Shown: positions 8,126-16,687 of the stretch, piece after piece | Numbering within the stretch: the first letter of the stretch is position 1 | How the letters are laid out: each line of letters opens with the position of its first letter | The notes under the pieces: generated by a model | What the model was told of the DNA's origin: nothing | Database searches by the model: none | The model's input: the letters and a program-made list of their open reading frames with translations, nothing else | From: a virus | IMG/VR virus record: IMGVR_UViG_3300036768_001133 | Location: 8,796-72,795 of that record | DNA length: 64,000 nt | Strand: one strand, 5' to 3' | Position numbers and translations under genes: made by a program

Positions 8126-9414
8126 TAGATGTTGAATTAGACAGCATATATTATTGTCTAATAAACAATAGCAATATACGTATATTTGATAGGGAATACT
8201 ATACAAAGGGTGATACTTTGTATATGTATGACAAGTTAGTTGAAATATATAATAAAGAAAAATATGTCAGTTTGAATATATTTAGGAATGAGATAAAGGG
8301 GGATAGTATATTGCATAAGTATTTATCTGTATATAATGATAAATATGTATGTAGTTATACTATTGAAGAATGTGAAAAGATAATGAGGAGAGACTACAAT
8401 AGAAGGGTATTTATAGATATGATAAATGATAAGTCCTTATTAAGGGCTAGTGATGATAGGATATTGGAGGTGATGATGGAGGTCATAAGCAAGTTTAGGG
8501 GGAATAAGATGGAAAATATAGTTAGTAATTTTGATAAGATGGTTGAATACATAATTAATGTAGATAATAACAGGTATAAAATAGGTATAGAGGGTATAGA
8601 TAGTTCTATATCTATAGAGCCTGATAGGTTTATAGTGATAGGTGGGGCGAGTGGTAGTGGGAAGACAGCCTTCAGTGTATTTTTAATAAACAAGCTATGT
8701 CAGTTGTATAGTGATAGCTTGTATGTTTTATTTATAAGCCTTGAGATGAGTGAGATAAGAGTGATGATGAGGTTAATAAGTTTATTATCGGGAAAGAGCA
8801 TTGGGGAGTTAAAGGCTGTAGATAAAAGTTTTTTTGAAGGGTATAGGGATATAATTAGTGGTTATTCATTAGATATAATGTATAGCACTATGGATATTCC
8901 AAAGTTATCTGCAGTATTGCAGATGCATATAAATGAAGCAAATAGAAAAGGTAAGATACCTGTGGTTTTTATAGACCATTTTGGAGAAGTAAGTGGTTTA
9001 GATGAACATACAGCGAAATCTAACACAGATAAAGTAACCGCTTTGTGTAAGGATGTAGCAAGACAAGGCGGCATATGTTTCGGTCTTACGCAATTGCGTA
9101 AGGATTTGTTAGATAAGAGGAATGAAGGCAGTTATTACAAGCCTTCAAATGGATACATTATGAATAGTCAGAGTGTAGAAGCGAGGGCAGATGTAATAAT
9201 GCACTTGTGGAGACCTGAATATCATAATGTATTAGAGATAATAGAAGAGGAAAAAGATATGATAAGAGTAATAGATACAAGAGGTAGTATATGTATAGTA
9301 AATGATAAGAACAGGGATTTTAAGAAGGGTGATATATGGCTGGATTGTGATATTAAAACGAATAGTTTTAAGGATATTCATAGTAGTAAAATACAAATTA
9401 TTAATAAATTTTAA
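8113..9414 (+). CDS. dnaB: DnaB-like (SF4) replicative helicase
   Basis: Walker A GASGSGKT, H1a FISLEMS, H2 VFIDHF, H3 LTQLRK, H4 EARADVIMHLWRP, arginine finger KNR. Confidence 0.92.
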   Translation: MVSMIDVELDSIYYCLINNSNIRIFDREYYTKGDTLYMYDKLVEIYNKEKYVSLNIFRNEIKGDSILHKYLSVYNDKYVCSYTIEECEKIMRRDYNRRVFIDMINDKSLLRASDDRILEVMMEVISKFRGNKMENIVSNFDKMVEYIINVDNNRYKIGIEGIDSSISIEPDRFIVIGGASGSGKTAFSVFLINKLCQLYSDSLYVLFISLEMSEIRVMMRLISLLSGKSIGELKAVDKSFFEGYRDIISGYSLDIMYSTMDIPKLSAVLQMHINEANRKGKIPVVFIDHFGEVSGLDEHTAKSNTDKVTALCKDVARQGGICFGLTQLRKDLLDKRNEGSYYKPSNGYIMNSQSVEARADVIMHLWRPEYHNVLEIIEEEKDMIRVIDTRGSICIVNDKNRDFKKGDIWLDCDIKTNSFKDIHSSKIQIINKF

Positions 9415-9424
9415 TTTAATTTAA

Positions 9425-9601
9425 ATGGAAAAGAAAACCATCATTATTGAATGTATAGGCGAGCAATATTCTGCCTATATAGAAGATATACCTGGGTTAA
9501 TATCTTTTGGTACTAACCTAAAAGAGGTATTGGATAACTTAGTGGAGGGATATGAATTACATATGGAACTATTGTCAGAACTGGACGGAGATAACTATTA
9601 A
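9425..9601 (+). CDS. HicB-like antitoxin, N-terminal domain only (58 aa; absent from the ORF track)
   Basis: MEKKTIIIECIGEQYSAYIEDIPGLISFGTNLKEVLDNLVEGYELHMELLSELDGDNY matches the HicB pattern Y.A...D.PG....G....E...N..E..EL..E. Confidence 0.75.
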   Translation: MEKKTIIIECIGEQYSAYIEDIPGLISFGTNLKEVLDNLVEGYELHMELLSELDGDNY

Positions 9602-9761
9602 TGCTATTATAGTAATAGTAGGATATTCGCAAGTAAAAGAAGCAAAGATAGAAGATAAGTATAAATTTGAAGACAAGATACTAATACCCGTATTAGAAGG
9701 GAAATATGGAAAAGAATACTTGTATAAAACAAAAAATGTAAAATACATTAATGTATATTAG
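9552..9761 (+). pseudogene. Probable remnant/paralog of the 6010..6138 membrane peptide
   Basis: NAIIVIVGYSQVK...LYKTKNVKYI matches NAVMVILAYSQIK..LYKTKNIKYI; the 5' part overlaps the hicB-like gene in another frame. Confidence 0.45.
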
Positions 9762-10140
9762 AGCGATAGGTAAAGATATAATTATATCTGTAGATAATGA
9801 TTTATTAAAGCCTTGTAATAGGATAACTTGGTTTTATCCTATTACAGACAAATGTAAAAATAGTATAGTATCGTATTTCAAAAAGCAAGGATATAGTATA
9901 GATATCCTCAAAGAAGAATACATACTATATGAAGATGACTTGTATATTTGGTTATCTGATACAGATAATATACAGGGTATAGATTATGATTGTTTATATT
10001 GTGGTGGTGATAGTTTTGATATGGTAATAAACGGAAAAGAGCATAATATATGCTTAAAAGAAGATAAGCTATATGAAATAGTAATTGGTAATCACTATAA
10101 TAAAAGCAGAATAATAAAGGCAGAACCGAAAAGCCTGTAA
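9751..10140 (+). CDS. Hypothetical protein
   Basis: 129-aa ORF; its last codons (KAEPKSL*) are supplied by the repeated leader element. Confidence 0.65.
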   Translation: MYIRAIGKDIIISVDNDLLKPCNRITWFYPITDKCKNSIVSYFKKQGYSIDILKEEYILYEDDLYIWLSDTDNIQGIDYDCLYCGGDSFDMVINGKEHNICLKEDKLYEIVIGNHYNKSRIIKAEPKSL

Positions 10141-10164
10141 TTAGGGGTAAAAAAAACAAGTAAA
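10116..10164 (+). repeat. Conserved leader, copy 1
   Basis: aaaggcagaaccgaaaagcctgtaattaggggtaaaaaaaacaagtaaa before the ATG of paralog 2. Confidence 0.85.
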
Positions 10165-10743
10165 ATGGAATTTATTGTTGAATTAGAAAAGCTAAGGGAA
10201 ACACCTTGCGAAAGATACCTTGAACATTTTATAGATGGTAAAGTCGACGCTCTCAAACTATTTAGAGAGCTCGATGAACAATATGAATGGTTGTATGCAT
10301 ATTCGGACTATGATATAGTCCGTTATGAAATAGAAAATGGAATATTTGATTGGGAAAAACACAGCCGTTATGTTGCTGCGTATTGTCCTGAATATTTTGA
10401 TGGAAATAAATACAATTGGGAAAAATATAGCTGTTACGTTGCTCAATATTGTCCTCAATACTTGGACAAAGAGAAATACAATTGGGAAGTTGATAGTTGG
10501 GCAATAGTTAAATATTGTCCGCAATATTTTGATAAAGAAAAATACAATTGGAAAACTGATAGCTGGGCAATAGCTGAATATTGCCCACAATATTTCGATA
10601 AAGAAAAATACAATTGGGAGAAACATAGCTATTATGTTGCTATGTATAGTCCTGAACTATTGGACAAAGATAAATATAATTGGAAAGAAGATAGCTGGGC
10701 AGTAGCTAAATACTGTCCCGAACTATTGAAATATAAACCTTAA
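10165..10743 (+). CDS. 22-aa tandem-repeat protein, paralog 2 (6 repeats)
   Basis: Same N-domain, repeat unit and cap as 6152..6730. Confidence 0.9.
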   Translation: MEFIVELEKLRETPCERYLEHFIDGKVDALKLFRELDEQYEWLYAYSDYDIVRYEIENGIFDWEKHSRYVAAYCPEYFDGNKYNWEKYSCYVAQYCPQYLDKEKYNWEVDSWAIVKYCPQYFDKEKYNWKTDSWAIAEYCPQYFDKEKYNWEKHSYYVAMYSPELLDKDKYNWKEDSWAVAKYCPELLKYKP

Positions 10744-10757
10744 TTATTTTTACTACA

Positions 10758-10816
10758 AAAGGCAAAACCCGAAAAGCCTGTAATAAAGTAGGGGTAAAAA
10801 AAACAAGTAAAAAAAA
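10758..10816 (+). repeat. Conserved leader, copy 2
   Basis: aaaggcaaaacccgaaaagcctgtaataaagtaggggtaaaaaaaacaagtaaa before paralog 3. Confidence 0.85.
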
Positions 10817-11431
10817 ATGGAATTTATTATCGAATTAAGCAGGTTAAAAAAAGAACCCTGCGAAAGATATTTAAAGTATTTTATAGACGGCAAAATCGAT
10901 GCTCTCAAGCTATTTAGAGAGCTTGGCGAACAATATGAATGGTTGTACAGACATTCGGATTACGATATTATAGGATTTGAAATAGAAAATGGAATATTTG
11001 ATTGGGGAAAATATAGTTATTATATTGCTGAACTTTGTCCGCAATATTTGGACAAAGATAAGTATAACTGGAAGGAACATAGCTGGGCTGTTGCTGAATT
11101 TTGTCCCAAGCATTTGGACAAAGATAGATACAATTGGGAAGAAGATGGTTGGGTAGTTGCGAAATATTGTCCCGAACTATTGGACAAGGAGAAATATAAC
11201 TGGGAAAAAGATAGCTATTATATTGCGAAATATTGTCCCGAGCATTTGGACAAGGACAAATACAATTGGGAGAAATGCAGCTGGGCTGTTGTTGAATTTT
11301 GTCCCGAGCATTTTGATAAGGATAAATATAATTGGAAAGAAGATAGTTGGGCAATAGCTCAATTTTGTCCCGAACTATTGAAATATAAAAAAGGCAAAAC
11401 CCGAAAAACCTGTAAAAAAGTACAAAACTAA
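10817..11431 (+). CDS. 22-aa tandem-repeat protein, paralog 3 (6 repeats; stop lost, reads into the next leader)
   Basis: Ends PELLKYK-KGKTRKTCKKVQN, with the tail encoded by leader copy 3. Confidence 0.9.
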   Translation: MEFIIELSRLKKEPCERYLKYFIDGKIDALKLFRELGEQYEWLYRHSDYDIIGFEIENGIFDWGKYSYYIAELCPQYLDKDKYNWKEHSWAVAEFCPKHLDKDRYNWEEDGWVVAKYCPELLDKEKYNWEKDSYYIAKYCPEHLDKDKYNWEKCSWAVVEFCPEHFDKDKYNWKEDSWAIAQFCPELLKYKKGKTRKTCKKVQN

Positions 11432-11436
11432 AAAGT
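11390..11436 (+). repeat. Conserved leader, copy 3 (degenerate)
   Basis: aaaggcaaaacccgaaaaacctgtaaaaaagta before paralog 4. Confidence 0.8.
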
Positions 11437-12216
11437 ATGAAATTTATTGTCGAATTAAGCAGGTTAAAAAAAGAACCCTGCGAAAAATACCTTAAACATT
11501 TTGTAAATGGTAAAGCTGACGCTCTCAAATTATTTAGAGAGCTTGGCGAACAATACGAATGGTTGTACAGACATTCGGACTATGATATTATAGGATTTGA
11601 AATAGAAAATGGAATATTTGATTGGGAAAAATATAGCTATTATATTGCCCAATATTGTCCCGAGCATTTGGACAAAGAGAAGTATAACTGGGACGAAGAT
11701 GGTCTTTATGTTGCCGAATATTGTCCCGAGAATTTGGACAAAGAAAAATACAATTGGAAAGACCATAGTTGGGCAATAGCCCAATATTGTCCCGAACATT
11801 TTGATAAGGACAGATATAATTGGGAAGAATATAGTTATTATATTGCTAAATATTGTCCGCAATATTTAGACAAAGAGAAGTATAACTGGGAAAAACAAAG
11901 TTGGGCAATAGCCCAATATTGTCCCAAGCATTTTGATGAGGATAAATATAATTGGAAAGAACATGGTTATTATATAGCCTTATATTGTCCTCAATATTTT
12001 GATAAAGATAGATACAATTGGGAAAAACATAGCTATTATGTTGCGAAATATTGTCCCGAGCATTTGGACAAGGATAGATACAATTGGGAGCAATGTAGTC
12101 GCTATGTTGCCCAATATTGTCCGCAATATTTGGACAAGGACAAATATAATTGGGAAGAACATATTTGGGCAGTAGCTCAATTTTGTCCCGAACTATTGAA
12201 ATATAAACCTTATTAA
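11437..12216 (+). CDS. 22-aa tandem-repeat protein, paralog 4 (9 repeats)
   Basis: Same architecture with three extra repeats. Confidence 0.9.
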   Translation: MKFIVELSRLKKEPCEKYLKHFVNGKADALKLFRELGEQYEWLYRHSDYDIIGFEIENGIFDWEKYSYYIAQYCPEHLDKEKYNWDEDGLYVAEYCPENLDKEKYNWKDHSWAIAQYCPEHFDKDRYNWEEYSYYIAKYCPQYLDKEKYNWEKQSWAIAQYCPKHFDEDKYNWKEHGYYIALYCPQYFDKDRYNWEKHSYYVAKYCPEHLDKDRYNWEQCSRYVAQYCPQYLDKDKYNWEEHIWAVAQFCPELLKYKPY

Positions 12217-12228
12217 AATTTTACATTT

Positions 12229-12459
12229 ATGAAAAAAAGCAAAGTGTCCATTTCAAAAAGAATGAAAATATTAGAGAAACTAATAGATGTAGATGGTTTT
12301 GATGAACTAATAGAAAATTTTATTATTGATTGTTCTTTTGAGCTTGCAAGATATAGACAAGCAGAAGAGCATAATAAAGCTAAAAGGCTTGAAAAGAAAA
12401 TAATTAAATTTCTGGAAAAAGTAAAAACATCAAGAAAACTATACTTAGGAGAAATATGA
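12229..12459 (+). CDS. Hypothetical protein
   Basis: 76-aa ORF with ATGA overlap to the next gene. Confidence 0.65.
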   Translation: MKKSKVSISKRMKILEKLIDVDGFDELIENFIIDCSFELARYRQAEEHNKAKRLEKKIIKFLEKVKTSRKLYLGEI

Positions 12460-12998
12460 TTTACAAAAAATTATCTGAAATTCAAAGTAAAATAAAAGTT
12501 CCTAAAACGCAATACAATAGTTTTGGGAAATATAATTACAGGTCTTTGGAAGACATATTTGAAGAAGTAAAAAAGTATTTAGACGAATACAAACTATCTT
12601 TGTATTTGTCTGATGAAATAGTTTTAATAGGTGATAGATATTATGTTAAAAGTACCGCTATACTTGTTGATGTAGAAGATGGTGCAAAGATAGAAAGTAT
12701 TGCATATGCGAGAGAGGAAGAAAATAAAAAAGGTATGGACGGAAGTCAAATAACAGGAGCATCGTCAAGTTATGCAAGAAAATATGCTCTCGGTTCATTA
12801 TTTTTGTTAGATGATAACAAAGATAGTGATTATACTAATACTCATGATAAAAACGATAAACCTATTTTGACAGAAGACAAGATAGGTAAAGCAGTAGAAT
12901 ATATGAAAGAGAAGAAGATAAGCATAAATGAACTGAAAAAGAAATATACTATAAGCAAAGATATAGAAGACAAGATTTTATCTTTATTAAAAAATTAA
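12456..12998 (+). CDS. ERF-family single-strand annealing recombinase
   Basis: KVPKTQYNSFGKYNYRSLEDI and AREE..KKGMDGSQITGASSSYARKYAL..LFLLDD.KDSD signature. Confidence 0.92.
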   Translation: MIYKKLSEIQSKIKVPKTQYNSFGKYNYRSLEDIFEEVKKYLDEYKLSLYLSDEIVLIGDRYYVKSTAILVDVEDGAKIESIAYAREEENKKGMDGSQITGASSSYARKYALGSLFLLDDNKDSDYTNTHDKNDKPILTEDKIGKAVEYMKEKKISINELKKKYTISKDIEDKILSLLKN

Positions 12999-13002
12999 AA
13001 TT

Positions 13003-13620
13003 ATGATTTTAGTTAAACTTTTGTATCAAGAACAAGAAGAAGATGTTTTATATCTTATTGATGAAAATAGAATAGAAACTATGCCTGTTTCTGATACATA
13101 CAATAATGATGGACTACTACTTGGAAGTTATGGAGCAGGTGATAGTATAGAGATTTTGTCTGAAAATCTTGTTGCATTTGCAAATAAATATGAAGAAGAA
13201 AATGACAGTGATTTTGAATGGGAAATAGGACAATTAGTAGAAGCCTATTATAACACCGATTTATTTGATAAAATAAAATCAAATAAACAATTAAAACAAG
13301 ATAAAGATTACAAGTTATATCAACTAACTTGTAAAGGATACAATTATTGGAACGGAAAGAAATATCAATCCGTCATATTAGAAGATAGCTTTGATAATAG
13401 TTTCGTAACTCACGAAATTATTGATGAAGATGAATTATTAGCATTAGTAAATAAAGCAGTTAAAGAAAAAGAATATGTAAAAGAAGAAAATGGAGTTATA
13501 TTTTATTCTTACAAACTAAATGAAGAAGAAACAAAAAAGTTTGATTTGAATAAAATAACTTTTTTTAATAGTTGTTGGCAACAAGATAGTTGGTATGAAT
13601 ATAAAATGTTGTTTTCGTAA
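13003..13620 (+). CDS. Hypothetical acidic protein
   Basis: 205-aa ORF in the operon. Confidence 0.7.
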   Translation: MILVKLLYQEQEEDVLYLIDENRIETMPVSDTYNNDGLLLGSYGAGDSIEILSENLVAFANKYEEENDSDFEWEIGQLVEAYYNTDLFDKIKSNKQLKQDKDYKLYQLTCKGYNYWNGKKYQSVILEDSFDNSFVTHEIIDEDELLALVNKAVKEKEYVKEENGVIFYSYKLNEEETKKFDLNKITFFNSCWQQDSWYEYKMLFS

Positions 13621-13645
13621 TTGTAATTTGATTTTCAGGTGTATA

Positions 13646-13682
13646 GCTCCCCTCTCCTTTTGGAGAGGGGCTGGGGTGAGGT
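13646..13682 (+). repeat. GC-rich REP-like palindromic element
   Basis: cccctctcc-tttt-ggagagggg-ctggggtgagg; a GC island in AT-rich intergenic DNA that resembles the bacterial CCCCTCTCC...GGAGAGGGG..GGGGTGAGG interspersed repeat. Confidence 0.65.
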
Positions 13683-13768
13683 CAAAAAAACAAAGTATAA
13701 CAAAAAACTAAATTTTTTAACAAATTGTATTTCAAACAATTTGTACTTATAACTCACGTTAATTTAAT

Positions 13769-14053
13769 ATGAACAAAAACAAAACTTACTATGAAGAAAT
13801 AAGAAAAAGACTACCTCTTTTTGTCAAAGTACGAAAGGAGGTTTTAGACTATAAAATTAAATATCTTACTGATACTTATAGAAAAAGTATTTTAGTAAAA
13901 GATTTGTTTTCTTTGAAACAATATTATATTTGCACTGATATTTCTTTTAGAGAAGACCTTAATAAAGTATATTTCAAAATACTTGGATACAAAATGGTTT
14001 ATGAAGATACTATATTTGAACTCATAGATAGTTCGTTAATCTTACCAAACTAA
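13769..14053 (+). CDS. Hypothetical protein
   Basis: 94-aa ORF. Confidence 0.65.
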   Translation: MNKNKTYYEEIRKRLPLFVKVRKEVLDYKIKYLTDTYRKSILVKDLFSLKQYYICTDISFREDLNKVYFKILGYKMVYEDTIFELIDSSLILPN

Positions 14054-14066
14054 ACTTAAAAAATTT

Positions 14067-14876
14067 ATGATGCAAGAATTATTTAGCATTACAGGTAAAT
14101 GCAAGAAAATATCTGAACATATCCTTTCAGAAGAAGTAATAAAAGTACCTGATGTAGAAGGAAAATTACCTCATATCAATCATATCATTAGCTTGCTTAA
14201 AGAAGCTAATGAAAGGATAGGGAAATATGAAATGGATATATACCATTCTAACGCAATTATATTAAATCAAAATAAAGAGGAAAAAGAATTTAGCGTAGTA
14301 ATACCTAAATTTCAAATAGAAAGTAAATACCCTGATTATATTACTGATAAGGGGGTAATGAAATCTATATTTACTTTTGAATACAAAAACAATACAAGTT
14401 TGGAAATCAATGCTTGTGTAGCAGAAGAAATACAAGTATGCTCTAATGGGCTTGTTATTCAAGAAAACATTATAGAAAACAAATCTAAACTAAACCGAAA
14501 ATATGGTTTAGAAAGATTTGTGTATATGTTTCTGAATAAATTTGCCGTGGAAGAAAGTGTAGTAAATAGTCAAAGATACATAGAGCTGTTAAGTTCAAAA
14601 GTAGTAACAGCTACACAAGAGAAAGAAATATTAGGCGATTTGCTTAAAAGAACCCATACCAGCAAACACGTAATTGATAGCAGTATCTTGCTTAAAGCCG
14701 CAAGATATGGTGATAACAAAGATAATCCTTTCAAAAGCAAAAATGGTGTAAGAACAATATTTGATTTCTTGCAAGACTTTACTTGCTTTATGAAAACAAC
14801 AGACATATCTACGCATATCAATAAAAATGTAAAACTTACTAACTATTTTAGAGAATTATGTTTGCAGAACAATTAG
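14067..14876 (+). CDS. DUF932/DUF3871-like protein
   Basis: IQVCSNGLVI motif and C-terminal TIFDFLQDFT resemble this family. Confidence 0.55.
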   Translation: MMQELFSITGKCKKISEHILSEEVIKVPDVEGKLPHINHIISLLKEANERIGKYEMDIYHSNAIILNQNKEEKEFSVVIPKFQIESKYPDYITDKGVMKSIFTFEYKNNTSLEINACVAEEIQVCSNGLVIQENIIENKSKLNRKYGLERFVYMFLNKFAVEESVVNSQRYIELLSSKVVTATQEKEILGDLLKRTHTSKHVIDSSILLKAARYGDNKDNPFKSKNGVRTIFDFLQDFTCFMKTTDISTHINKNVKLTNYFRELCLQNN

Positions 14877-15190
14877 AAAAAATTAAAGATGAAGGTTTGC
14901 AACAAAAATTCGCAAAATATATCAAAAATAATGTATCATATAGAACATTATTTTTAGAGTTTATATTAGAAGAAATGAGTAAGCATATACCAAACATAAA
15001 AAGTTTGGTAGAAATATACAATGACAATTTTATAGTAATAGATATGAAAGAATTTACCATTGCTATTTACGAGTGTATAGAAAGAAATGGTATATTCATA
15101 TATTCCACAGATACCTTTTGTCTTCTAAGACAATTGAGAGATGATATGAATGAACCTATTTGTGAATTGTTTGTAAAGACACTTGTTTAA
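14858..15190 (+). CDS. Hypothetical protein
   Basis: 110-aa ORF overlapping its neighbours. Confidence 0.65.
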   Translation: MFAEQLEKIKDEGLQQKFAKYIKNNVSYRTLFLEFILEEMSKHIPNIKSLVEIYNDNFIVIDMKEFTIAIYECIERNGIFIYSTDTFCLLRQLRDDMNEPICELFVKTLV

Positions 15191-15524
15191 TATGGATATA
15201 AAAGTAAAAAAAAATGCTGTTATTCATATGTCAGTTTTAGATTTATACAATATTATTAAAAACAAAAAATCTAAATCTGATGAGGAAATATATCTAATGT
15301 GTATGATACACTATTTGTTACACGATACCAATGATGTTCTTGTAATGAATAAAGTAAAAGATAATCTTGAAAACAATATACCTATTTATTATTTTCAAGA
15401 TGTATTAGATAATGTACTTAAAGATATAGATACAGAATACTTTTCTTTAAGTATAGTATTATATGAAAAAATAATATACGAATATCCAAGTATTAAAAAG
15501 GAAAAAACTAAACTTCCTTTCTAA
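15183..15524 (+). CDS. Hypothetical protein (ends KLPF)
   Basis: 113-aa ORF with TAATG coupling to the next gene. Confidence 0.65.
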   Translation: MFNMDIKVKKNAVIHMSVLDLYNIIKNKKSKSDEEIYLMCMIHYLLHDTNDVLVMNKVKDNLENNIPIYYFQDVLDNVLKDIDTEYFSLSIVLYEKIIYEYPSIKKEKTKLPF

Positions 15525-16261
15525 TGAAATACGAACTTGTTAAAGAAGGCGACTATTTCAGAATAGTCGCCCTAAAAGATATAGATAGCATTGGCATTAA
15601 AAAAGGCGATTTAGGTGGATTGGTAACAAATGAATATACGCTATCAAAAGTAGATGATAGCTGGATATTTGAGGATAGCATAGTAGAAGGAGAAGTAAGT
15701 GTATCAGGCAATAGTCTTATCATTGATAGCGATATTAAAGGTATAGGCTCAATATTTGCTTGTACTATTGTATCCTCTGATATAAGTATTTGTAATTTAT
15801 TTCAGTCAAAAGTATTGCATAGTTATTTAACTAATGTTAATGCAAGCAATAGCTTTTTATTTAGAAGTGAAATATACGAAACAAGTTCCTTAAATAGTCA
15901 AATATACCATAGCAAAATTGAATATAGTAATGTGTATGACTCTGATGTAAAAGAATGTGTAGTAAAAAAAGATAGCAAGATACATAATTCATATGCCTAT
16001 AAATGTGATATAGAACAATCTGATATTTATTTATCTAATTTGTGCGAAGCAGTTTTGATAAATAACATAATATTTAATGGTAAAATCTATATATTCAATA
16101 ATACACTTTATACTCATACTTGTAATAAAATAGATAACTCTTTTATTGTCAATTCAAATATATCAATGTCTAATTTAGACAACTGCCATATTATTTGTTC
16201 TGATATATGCAGAGATATTGCAGATATAAAAATTATTAACCAAAATGATTACAAAAAATGA
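15524..16261 (+). CDS. Phage beta-helix (LpxA-like/short-repeat) protein
   Basis: N-terminal FRIVALKD...IKKGDLGG.V..E..LS..DDSWIF motif followed by S/N/I-rich short repeats. Confidence 0.7.
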   Translation: MKYELVKEGDYFRIVALKDIDSIGIKKGDLGGLVTNEYTLSKVDDSWIFEDSIVEGEVSVSGNSLIIDSDIKGIGSIFACTIVSSDISICNLFQSKVLHSYLTNVNASNSFLFRSEIYETSSLNSQIYHSKIEYSNVYDSDVKECVVKKDSKIHNSYAYKCDIEQSDIYLSNLCEAVLINNIIFNGKIYIFNNTLYTHTCNKIDNSFIVNSNISMSNLDNCHIICSDICRDIADIKIINQNDYKK

Positions 16262-16680
16262 AAGTCGCTTTTTTAGAAGGTAAGGTTTATACACAACCTA
16301 AAAGAATTAAAACCAAATTTGGAAAAGAAGTGCTAAGCTTTTCCATTGGTATTAACAATAACTATAAAGACAAGTCAGGGAACTATGTTCAAAGACCTAT
16401 GACTTATATCAATCTAATATGTCATAACCCTGATTTATTTGATGTTATTGAAAATATTAGACTAAAACAAGATAAAGTTTCTTTACTTGCGACGTTTGAT
16501 ATTGTGGAAGAAAAAGCAGATGGTAAAATTGTTAAAAACACTTACTATTCATTAGTAGCTATAAGTGTTAATAATGATAAATTGTATGGTGCTTATAAAA
16601 CCTTTAAAGACCATTTTACATTAAAAGAAGATTTATATGTCCCACCAAAAGAAACAGACAAAGAAGACTTGCCATTTTGA
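16258..16680 (+). CDS. ssb: Single-stranded DNA-binding protein
   Basis: OB-fold pattern (FLEGKV...FSIGINNNYKDKSGNY...TYINL) and acidic tail KEDLPF. Confidence 0.8.
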   Translation: MKVAFLEGKVYTQPKRIKTKFGKEVLSFSIGINNNYKDKSGNYVQRPMTYINLICHNPDLFDVIENIRLKQDKVSLLATFDIVEEKADGKIVKNTYYSLVAISVNNDKLYGAYKTFKDHFTLKEDLYVPPKETDKEDLPF

Positions 16681-16687
16681 CTATAAT

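Noticed and set aside
6152-12216. Diversity-generating retroelement (TR/VR pairs) as the explanation for the repeats
   Set aside because: No reverse transcriptase or avd-like gene is recognisable in the window, all copies are coding, and differences between units are not confined to adenines.
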